From Hyphochytrium catenoides (Eukaryota > Protista > Hyphochytriomycota): a stretch of 64,000 nucleotides of DNA. Position 1 is the first letter of the stretch. Each line of letters opens with the position of its first letter. The DNA lies in the NCBI GenBank assembly GCA_900088475.1, contig FLMG01001010.1, forward strand, positions 124,001-188,000, in the 5' to 3' direction. The notes beneath the pieces were generated by a model. It was given only the letters and a program-made list of their open reading frames with translations. It was not told where the DNA came from and made no database searches. Positions 1-10,222 of the stretch are shown here, in pieces. The position numbers and the translations under genes were made by a program.

Positions 1-153
1 GAGTATGGCCTTCGCGTTTCTCCGTCCTGCTGTGGACTGGCGTTGCACATCTGTACCTCTCTTGGGGTTGGTTTAGTCCGCTTGTGGTCAACTCTTCTGG
101 GCAGTTCCTTCTGCCCTCTGCAATCTAGCTCTAAGATAAAATACGGCCGTTAG

Positions 154-3100
154 GACCTTCTGAGGAGGGTGAGCAGCCTCATCACCAGCGTCGGAAAAAT
201 TGACCGATTTGTAGAGGTAAGGGCAACTTTCCTTATTTTGAGGGTAGCCAGACGTTACTTTTTCTTCGAAGGATATCCAGGACGTCCTCTGACAGTCGTG
301 ACCATGTTCCCTTTCCCGTCGAGCAGCTCACAAATCCGATTGATAACGAAGCCCTTGCAACAGCTATTGATGAGCTGCATCAAAGAGCCTCAGAATTCCT
401 GAAGGAGCTTGAACTACCAGGTATGCGGGACCCGCCACTTTTCTAGCCCTTGAGAGTTAGCATATATTTTGGTCCGATATGTGTGTGAGACAGAGAGAGA
501 CAGACTGAAGAGAGAGCTCCCTACAAGTTGGTTACCTCCATAGGTGTAATAGAAGCAGTAGTCTTGAGTAACATGGTTCGCTTGCTTTGCATCCTCTATA
601 TCCGTTCTCCCTCTGTCTCCACCTCTGTTGCCTTGTCTGTGCCAACAACAGACGTGAAAAGATTCCTTACCACTCTCCTCTTCTCTGGCCTCGCACAAAC
701 GAAAACGCTGCAGATGATAAAAACACTGGTGAGGAAGCGCAATCCAGCTGGGACAATGTTTACTCGGGGGTCGCATACAGTTTGGGATTTCGCCTCCCTA
801 ACAGGAGGAGGCGGAGGCTGCCTATTAAGGCTTTAAAAAAGAAGTTACAGAGTCTTTTTGACATCGTCGCCCCACTTTATCAGAGATCCAAACTTTCCCA
901 CAAAGAGTTTACCGTAAGTCAATTCTCTCGTGCGCCACGCCCGTCGTCATTCTACGCTGAGAATATCAGTCTGAGCTTTCTTAATCTGTGTCGACCCTGG
1001 TGCTGCACATCCACAGCCTACTTGGCTTATCTATTGTTAAGCATCTCCCTCACGTTTTCACAGGCCTGGGTCGATGCTTCGAAAGATCCATCGGTGAGAA
1101 GTGTTGCTGAAGAGGTGAGATCTGATCATGCATTCTCATCCCAATCTACTCGCAAATAACCTTGGCCATGCCAGACCTTGAACAAATGGAAGATGATTCG
1201 GGAACGATTGGACAAATCAATCGTGGGGCTCACCGATCCGGCCTCGGAACATAGAAAGAGATTGGACTCAGACCTGTGTCGCCTGGTCCAGTCAATCCAG
1301 GTCCGTTGCTCTTCAGTCCTCCATGCGAATTGTGTTCGTTTCTCCATTGACAAACTGACGTTATGCTGTCTGACCTCCTTGTCTTACTTCCTCTATGCCC
1401 TTTTTCTCCGTCACGACCGTCCTGCTATATAATAAGGGTCATGCAGAGAATTTAGCTGGCAGTAGAGGAATGTATGAGGACGCCATCGAAGAGTTTTCTG
1501 CTGCCTTGAGTAAAATTCCAGCCTTTCATACGGTAAAGCCGAACAAGCCATGGTCGCAGACCTCACGAAGTGCCTTAGCCATAGCAGTTTTTCACGCTTC
1601 AAGAGCGCGTTCTAACGATTTTCTTGCGTCTTCCGTTGACAACATTGAACTCATGTTCTCCAATGACGGCAGACTGCTCTTCCACTCCTGGAAGGTAGGG
1701 CGGAATGCAAGATCCAGCTGGGACAGCTAGACGGTGCACGGGCAGACCTTACCAATGCTCTTCAGGTCACTGATGGTCACCTCTCTCATCTGCTTGATGG
1801 TTACTCTAAGCCCTTCTCTACCTAAGGCAGAATGCGGCCTGGTCATGCTCTGTTGTTCCTGCTGTCTACCTTGTGTCGTCTGTTCTAACAGCAACTTCGT
1901 TAGATCGATGGAGAACGCGTGCAGGCTACCGCTTTGCTTGGAAAGGTATTAGAGGCCGAGGAGGACTACGAGGCTGCTTTGGAATGTTACATTAAGGCGC
2001 ACGCGGTAAGAGGAGAGCGGCGTCCTCTGTCACTATCATTATTGCCATAATACGTTCTCAAAGGTCGCTGTATTCTCTGTGATTATAACCTTTAGCTGTA
2101 AGATCTGCACTACTAAGTCAAGCGCTTCCTGTGACAGCTGCGAGGTTTTAAAGATCCAGAGCTTCTGCAGGATATTGACAGGACTTCCAAGGCACTAGGA
2201 AGAGAGCATGCAGAACAGCTTCTAAAGGAGAGAGTGACGAGAGAGGACCTCCCTCCACTCTGGCTCATAGAGAGTTACATGCAATCCTTCTCCTCAAATG
2301 CAGAGGTTCAGGAGGTAATTCTTGGCCTCTCGCGTTCTCCGCTTGAGAAAGCAGAAGACAGACTGGTAGTAGCTGGACTTTGTGAGGTGCAGCGGCTAAT
2401 AGAAGAAATGAGGTACGCTTAGTGTCTTCTGTCTCTCAATGATGTCTGGCCTAAATCTTTATGAATGGGCGGCCATGAAGAGAAGGTTATAAGTGAAAAC
2501 GCTATTGACCCTGTCGGTTCCCCCACTGAAGAACGGCCGTCTCTTGTAGCTATGAGGATGCTTTTGCAAAGCTCCAAGAGCTAGAGGAAGTTGCCGAGGA
2601 AGCGTCACCTATAGTGCAAGGCGTATTTCTTAATCAGTTCGGCTCGTTTGAATATCTGTGTGGAAACCTGGTAGGTAGCCTTAGGGAACCTCGCCGTCCC
2701 TATTCACCTGTTATTTCCATTATTATGGGGATTCAGAGATACGGTATGCCCACTGCAGATGTAGTCCCTCTGGGCTGTGGCAGCAGAAAGACGTTGTTCA
2801 GCATAGTAAAGATGTGTTGCGCTCCTTGCTCACTTACTATAGTGGCTCCCGTGATACGTAGGCCCGGGCTCAGCTCCTTCTGGAAGAGAGTTTAGAAGCC
2901 TATCCGGAGCTGATTAACACACAGGTTAAGCTTGGCGGGACTTTATGCGAGATGTATGACTACGAGGCTGCACTGGATGTGTTCAACGAGGCAGAAAGCC
3001 TGAGACAGGACGCAGACATTTTCCTGCAGAGGTACCAGTTGTCCTATTATCTTTACGCGACCTCTCCCTTTGGTTGCTCGTCAGCTTTCTGCCTCGACCC

Positions 3101-4239
3101 TTCCATTCCGGGGCCTGCATCATTCTTGGCCGGGATGGACTTAAGTCACTATTACATGTGACTCTGCACTTCGTCTTGCTAGGCAGACGAGTCACTGCAG
3201 CACTAATACCTTCTCCACCCTGCTATCTCCAACCGCCCGGATCATCTATCTCTGTTATCCCTTCCCACATCATCTAAACGTAGGGGCCAAATGCATCTCA
3301 TACAGAATGAGTTTGAGTTGGCAGTTAACGATTTAAGGCAAGCGGCCAACGCAAAGTCTAGCACACCGATGGCTAGGGTTATGTACGCCATGGCGCTGTA
3401 CAAAGCAGAGAGAAGAGAGATGGCCATGCGAACTTTTAAGGATGCGGAAGACGCTTTCCCAGATTGCACAGAGGTGTACCTATTCTATGGAGAGGCCTTA
3501 GCCGATAGTGGCGATCATAGGTCAGCTTCCATGCTAGGCCGTCATCCTGTTTGGCACGAAAGCCTGATCTATAGTCCTTGCTTTGTAGATCGGGACTAGC
3601 AATGTTCCAGACAGCTTCCGATCTCTCTCCCCTGAATCCCCTGCCGTTTATTAATGGGGCACGAGTATACGCTACCCTTAATGACTTCGACCGAGCGTTC
3701 AAGCACATAGACAGAGCTATCGAACTGGATCCTGGCAACTCTGCCGCCCATCTGGAGCGCGCACAGGTACCTCCAACCTTCCCAGCAACCGTCCTACAAG
3801 CTCTCCCCCAACTTTCCAGTCCATCTTCGTCTCTTTCTTATGCGTACCCGTCCGTGATGTGCCGTCAGGTCGACTTGTTCTGTTTTCTCTTCTAGCTGTG
3901 TGCGCAACTTCTTACTGCTAGCCGCTTGGGCTGCATCGTTAAACATGACGTTTAGTTAGTATAGCGGTCAGGAACTTTGACTCTCTCTCAGATGAAATTG
4001 CATTTTGAACTCGAGATCTCACCTGGTCTGCTTGTTTGCGCATGCTCTGTCCCTCTTGCCAGCTCCTATTGAACAAAGGAGAGAAAGAAGATGAGGAGTC
4101 TGGATTCCATGAGTTCAAGATCGCGATTGATCTAGCGCGCTTCCCCGCAGAATTTGAAGACGCATTTGCTGCAGAGATGACTGCAAGACTTCAGATCAAG
4201 GTGTCCAGAGAGTTGGGCTTGATGGAAGAGAGGCAGTGA
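154..4239 (+). CDS. TOM70: Tom70-like TPR protein with N-terminal extension (multi-exon; 5' end probably upstream of the window)
   Basis: Spliced exons give TPR helices (GMYEDAIEEFSAAL; RAECKIQLGQLDGARADLTNALQID; GKVLEAEEDYEAALECY) and the Tom70-like linker LPPLWLIESYMQSF. C-terminal TPRs follow (RGQMHLIQNEFELAVNDL; AFPDCTEVYLFYGEALAD; PLNPLPFINGARVY; AFKHIDRAIELDP). Stop TGA ends at 4239. Exon joins between 420 and 720 are uncertain. Confidence 0.7.
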
Positions 4240-6581
4240 TAAAGATAGGCAGAAATAACCAAATAGGTTATATGCGAGCATAGGGGAAGACATACAGTCG
4301 CTCCTCGATCCACGCGGTTACTTTCAGCGTAAGGAGCGAGACACCGTCCCTCATCCCGATATATGGCGTTCTGGCATCATAGGATGGTGCGGTTTGCAAT
4401 ACTATAGAAGCCAGAGTCATGAAGAAATATCTGGGATCTTTTGGGCGCATGCTTGTTTGGACTCCAGCCAGTCAGAGTGCTTATCGACTAGACACATTTA
4501 GGGGATGAGTTTGACACTCATACTTCATATCTGAGAGAGAGCTCTTGAAGACTGACGATGAAGCCAGTGTTGAGCTTTAATGGACATCAACTCTTTGTTA
4601 CTCTTGTCTCCGCCATCGTTGGCCTTCCACACTTTCTCGCTCTGGTAAACCTCACACCGTGTTCTTCCCCCCTCATTAATAGTATCCAGTGTCCCTGGCT
4701 CCTAGCTTCTGCAAACCAAAGACGTTTACCGAGGTACGTTATGACTATCGTGGGAGAGGGTAGAAGGCGACCGCTAGTGACGTTTACTAATCTGCAGTAC
4801 TTTTGACTATTGCACAAGGCCTCTGCCCTGAAGAGAGGCCGTAAGTTCGACTTGATGAAGAGAAGGGAAGTGAATATCACTACGAGATGCAGTGTCTTGA
4901 TTTCCTTTAGTTAGATGTATGGCAGGTATGCGAAGTTATTTCTCGTCTAAGCGAACCGCACATGGTGAAACTCTACAAACGATGATGCGACATAGGATTG
5001 AGAAGTAATGATCTCAAGCCGCCAAAAAGGTATTTTCTAGGAAGAGGATTAGCTTACAAGTGCTTCTGTTGATGCTGCTGCTATTGAGATCATTTAGTAG
5101 TGCTTATATTGCTCTCTTGCGCAGAGGTAGGCCGAAACAGCCGCGAGCCTCACTTGACGGAGCTGAAGCAGAAGTCATCAATGTCACCGATACCATCCAC
5201 ACCTTGGCCGCCAGACGAAGAGAATCTCATTAAGCGATTGCAATAGGGGTCGTAGAGACCTCTGCACCATCACATAGGCCCACTACCTATCAGCACCATC
5301 ATACCGGAAAACCATGTGGTCACTAAAGTTAGTAGTAGAGAGAGTTCCGGATACCAGCCTTGTTCGCCATCTCAATGACCAAGTAGAAGAAGGATCTGTT
5401 AGAATACAGGTTCAAGACTAGCCGGCGCGTGAGTCCGGTAGCGTGAGTAACAAATCCAAAGGGGAACACGACGTCGTCTAATGGGACATATAGGCACATT
5501 GGTCTGTGTCCTTGCCCTTCATTAATGGAAAAGAAGGTGCAATAGGTCGGGCTTATCTAACAGCATTTGATACTCTTGGGCCGCACCGGGAGTTACGTGG
5601 AATGTTTGATACGACTTTCCAGGAGAGAAGCGGAAGCGAGGAGGAGATGAGGTGCACTTGCACATGCGAAGTTCTGACTTTTGAGATTGTAGAAAAGCAG
5701 AGTAGTATTGGCTGTGAACAAGCATGAATCCTTAGGGCGGCATAAGTGAAGTTTTGGCACCCGTCCCCTGACGACACCATCTTTCCTACATAAACATTTA
5801 CACCGTCCCACGCTCAATTGGCTCTACCTCTCTGTCCAAGGCCCACTGTTTTCTGCTCCTCCACACTCTTAAAGGTTAAGCACCTCCGTAACCACAAACT
5901 CCATATCCTCCTCAATTTCGCTTGCTCGTTGGAGTTCTTCACAGACGTCCGGTATGCGCTCCTTCTTCTCGTACCTGCCCAGCTACTATGACTTTTTCTG
6001 CTTCGAGCGATTAATCCCCACGCAGAGAGAGCATGTCAGGTAGCAGTGGTTCACAACCTTAGCCATTAACAAAGATCTCCGTCCTCTCACTCAGAGGCTC
6101 AGTTGCGAGTCCTACCGCATCAACTCCACGTATCTTACTCACAAACCCCCTTCATTCCAGAAGCTCATCATCAACGCTAGAGATTATCTTCTCCTCCATG
6201 ACCATGAACAGCATTCTCACCACCTGAGGCAGTGTCGCAATGACACGGAGGCAAAAATGGAGAGGATAGAGGGCTTATTAACATGAGCCCTGGCAGGGAT
6301 AGCACATGGGTAGAGCGATCTAAAAGGTGGCACTGCAAGAGAAAGAGACCCAATGAACAGCGCTTCGCTGAGCGGACTCTGCACCCTCCCCGTAGCCAAG
6401 AACGAGTTCCTCTTCTTCTAACTAAGAGATCGCTTTTAGTCAGCGAGTTCGCTGTCTCAGCCCGTAGCAACATTCACCGCTCGATGTGGAAGGTTTATGG
6501 TCATCGTTGCCGCTTTGTTGAGATCTTGATGAGCTCTTGATAGTAAAACTCCAATGGTGAGAGAATCCTAGATTCTCTTGA

Positions 6582-6651
6582 GCAATTTCAGTAATCAGTC
6601 TGGTGGTGATGCTTCGGCAATTTCAGTAATCAGTCCGATGGTGATGCTTCG
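6582..6651. repeat. 35-bp tandem duplication (2 copies, 2 mismatches), preceded by a small inverted repeat at 6561-6577
   Basis: gcaatttcagtaatcagtctggtggtgatgcttcg followed by gcaatttcagtaatcagtccgatggtgatgcttcg. The inverted repeat is gagaatc-cta-gattctc. Confidence 0.9.
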
Positions 6652-6825
6652 GTTTGGTTTTGATCTCAATCCAACGGTTAGCTCTCTTCAAACCTCGTGG
6701 CCCTACTACTACAAGGGTCGTACTAGGGGTGGGGTGAGCAAACGCCATATTACTACACCTCTTGGCAATGTCCCATCCATCCCCCTGGGGACAACCTTGT
6801 CATTTCACGGCCCATCCACCTAATG

Positions 6826-6866
6826 ATTGGTGCTAGACAAAAGGGGAGGTAGGATTTTGGCGGGAG
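6826..6866 (+). promoter_or_regulatory. Putative importin-alpha promoter: inverted CCAAT box (6826-6830) and E2F-like site TTTTGGCGGGAG (6855-6866)
   Basis: Motif match only. The sites lie just upstream of the apparent non-coding first exon; a 5'-UTR intron runs about 7068-7204 (AAG|gtacac...ttgacag). Confidence 0.4.
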
Positions 6867-7225
6867 ACTTGCCTGCCGATGACTGACAGGCACAGCGACA
6901 CAACAGGTCCGAAGGCTTTTCTTGCTTTGCTGCTTTGCGCTGCAGGTTGTGCCCAGTGCCGGCTTGCCGTCTCAGTTCCAATCTTCAAGTCTCATTCATC
7001 CAAGGTTCCTGATTGTCTTGTCGTGAAAAGACCAGCGCTAAGGAAGGATCACTCTATCCATTGAAAGGTACACGGCATCCTGACTCAAGCTGGGTGACTC
7101 TTCTTAGTTTCATTGTAAAGCACAAAATACTATCTCTCTCTGAAATAGATCGTTGCTAACTTCCACCTCATCTTCTCACGTTGCCCATGCATTGCGTTTG
7201 ACAGAGATACTCAACCTTTGCAGCC

Positions 7226-9048
7226 ATGGCTACCAAGGGTACTCTCCTCAAGAAGCAGATCAAGAAGGGACTTGATGGTTCGGACTGTAGAAGGCGCAGG
7301 AACGAAACCAGCGTTCAAATCCGTAAGACAAAGCGGGAAGAAGGGCTTGCCAAGAGACGGAATCTGCCCACGGATGTCCCACAATTTGACTCTCAGGATC
7401 AGGCATCCAGTCAGTCTAACACCGTCGCGACCCAGGCTTCCATAGCAGAGTTACCGCAATACGTCAAAGGTACGTAGTGCTAGGGGGGCACCACCAGTGG
7501 GAGACTAACATGGAACAGAGGGGACGGACGGGAAAAGGCAGTTATGCTTTCTTCTATCTAAACACCATTTTTATGTAGGCGTACATTCCAGTGAACCACA
7601 GCTACGCTATGAGGCCACCCGAAGCATCAGAAAGCTGCTATCTGTGGAGACCTCGCCTCCAGTGCGCGCTGTCATCGACAGTGGAGTACTGCCCACCATA
7701 ATCTCCTTTTTAAGCATCAATGGCGAGCCGCGGCTGCAATTTGAGGCCGCTTGGGTGCTGACTAATGTGGCCTCGACCACCATGACAAAACTGGTGGTAG
7801 AATTAGGTGCTCTACCTTTTCTACTTCCTCTTCTTACTTGCAGCAATGCAGATGTAAGAGAACAGGCCATTTGGTGCGTGGGAAATATCAGTGGCGATTG
7901 CGCAGAGCTCCGCGATAGCTGTCTGGCGCATGGCGCCTTAGAGTGGATCCTCCTGAACATCCAGCAGCCTGCTAGCATGTCCCTTCTTAGGAACGCGACA
8001 TGGGTTCTGTCTAACTTGTGCAGAGGGAAGCCAGCACCTCATATTGATAGCGTGAAACCCGCCATCCCTGCTCTTGCCGCTCTTCTGAAGCACGAAGACA
8101 AGGAAGTCGTTACCGATGCCTGCTGGGCTCTCTCGTACCTTTCTGACGGTGACGATGCACGGATTCAAGCTGTTGTGGAGGCCGGAGTGACCCCAGAGTT
8201 GCTTCGCCTTATGACAAGTGCCACGAATGAGACCATTACTCCGGCACTTCGCACGATCGGGAACATCGTCTCAGGTAAGGCTAGCCTGCCTCCTTTCCAC
8301 TTGTGTACCCCCATTTCCTCTGGCCATTTTTTTTACAATGATTGGCACTCTTCGATCACTGATCCACTGCCATCGCTCATGATTTTTTCTATTTTTATGG
8401 CCTCCAGGTAGCGAGCATCTGACACAATCCGTGATTGACAGTGGAGCCATACCCGTCTTGAGCTCCTTACTTGAGAATCCAAAGACATCAATCCGCAAAG
8501 AGGCTTGTTGGGCACTCTCCAACATAGCCGCTGGCACTCAAGCCCAGATCAAGGCGTTAGTGGAGACACCACAAACTCTTGAAGCTGTAATCCAGCAGCT
8601 GGGTACGGCAGAATGGGATGTGAAAAAGGAAGCGCTCTGGGTCGTTGCAAACATCGCTATTAGCGGGACCAAGGCTCAAATTAAGCGGGTCATCGACCTT
8701 GGTGCTATAGAGCACTTTTGCTACTTCCTAGAGGTTGAGGACGCCAAGCTCATCAATCTTGCTTTGGAGGCGCTAGAGAGTATCCTGAAGCTTGGAGCGC
8801 AGGATAATAGCGACTATCAGAGCATGATAGACGAGGTCGGAGGGCTTAACAAACTGGAAAACCTTCAGAACCACGAGAACCTTGGAATATATGAGAAGGC
8901 TGTCAGTATCATCGAAAACTTCTTCGGTGTTGACGAAGAGGAGGAAGACGAGAATGTGGCGCCTGAGTGGGATGGCAATAACTTTGGCTTTGGTGCTAAT
9001 ACCGCCATACCAAGCGGCGGCTTTAACTTTGGCAGTGGTGCCTTCTAA
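7226..9048 (+). CDS. KPNA: Importin subunit alpha (karyopherin alpha), 3 coding exons: 7226-7469, 7579-8274, 8408-9048
   Basis: IBB domain (RRRRNETSVQIRKTKREEGLAKRRN) and ARM repeats with WxxxN motifs (LQFEAAWVLTNVAS, EQAIWCVGNISGD, NATWVLSNLCRGKP, DACWALSYLSDG, KEACWALSNIAAG). C-terminal LENLQNHEN..IYEKAVSIIENFF. GT-AG introns keep the frame. Confidence 0.97.
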
Positions 9049-9240
9049 ATCCCCGGTAGTTCCACTATGCTGCCTATCCACTATCGGGAAACTGAAAGGG
9101 TTGACATGACTTACAACATTGCTGATTGGATCAGCGATAGTCAAGGCTTTCTCTGTCTCCCCTGACTAGCTAGTATTTAGAGTGTGTTACTACAGGATGC
9201 TGAAGCAGCAATAAACCTAACCAATTCACGTCTGTTACAG

Positions 9241-9490
9241 CCTCCTGTCGGAGTACTAGTTTCGCAACCTTTGGGAAGACCACATGCATCCTGATGGCAG
9301 CGTATCATTACTGATATTCTGAGGTTCGTGTCGGAGAACTAGTTCCGCAACCTTCCGGAGGACCGCATGCATCCTGATGGCGAGGTACTATCAATACTGA
9401 TGGTCTTCGGCTTCTGAGTGACCTCCTGTCGGGGCACTAGTTTGGCAACCTTCCGAAAGACCGCATGCATCCTGCTGGTACTAGTAGTAT
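9241..9490. repeat. Degenerate triple direct repeat: about 52-bp core starting at 9246, 9329 and 9427 (periods 83 and 98 bp)
   Basis: Core approximately TGTCGGRGNACTAGTTYSGCAACCTTYSGRARGACCRCATGCATCCTGMTGG in three copies with variable linkers. Confidence 0.88.
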
Positions 9491-10222
9491 TGCCGTCTGC
9501 CAAACCACGTAACTGATGAAGAAACATCATGGGACGGGTGGCCAATGCCAACGGATCAGTCTGCTCTTTCCCATTAGCTCCTGCAAGATCGGAGACGGTT
9601 GCCGCCGTATTATAACTTCTCTTCAACATTCAAATTCCAACAGCCAGTATCACAACTTCCCACGGTATAGAATCCAGGGGGATCTCTGTGCGTTTGGGTC
9701 CAGTTTCATGTGTTTTCTTGTTGAAGTGAGAGCAGCTCCATACATTTTACCTACGACCGGAAACCGAATTGGGTCTGGCCTCTGTCTCCTGAAGACAAGA
9801 GCCCCATTTCCTATTTCACAACAGCTTTTCTTTGTCTTCTCAATACAACTATAATTAGAGCTTGAGAGCAACTGCATCTATGACTGTACCTCGCAAGCAT
9901 TATCGGGAAGGCCAACAAGCTCCGGAATTTATTTTCCAGATCGTTTGAGACTCCAGATTTAGAGCAGAGTTTTAATTATTAGAAGAATCTACCCGAGACT
10001 GCATGCTGTTCGGTTACTCGTGGGTGGAGGTTCCGACGAAAGAATTTCATACTTCTGTAGGGAGGCGTTGCTGTTATCAGACCTTAAAGCTGGGTAAGGA
10101 AGGGAGCAGGTCCTGGTTACGAAGGATGGCCATTGATCTATCGTGGTGACTACTTGCCTTTTCTGGGCTATCTACGTTGTCACTATCTTTCTTTTGGAGG
10201 TAGTTAGGTGAAGTAGACAGGC

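Noticed and set aside
5007-5246. Possible spliced 47-aa micro-ORF (MISSRQK|EVGRNSREPH...)
   Set aside because: The splice signals are plausible, but the product is short and has no motif, so it cannot be told from chance.
9241-9490. Triple repeat with variable linkers as a CRISPR array
   Set aside because: Only three diverged cores of about 52 bp, with linkers related to each other. There are no cas genes and the context is eukaryotic.
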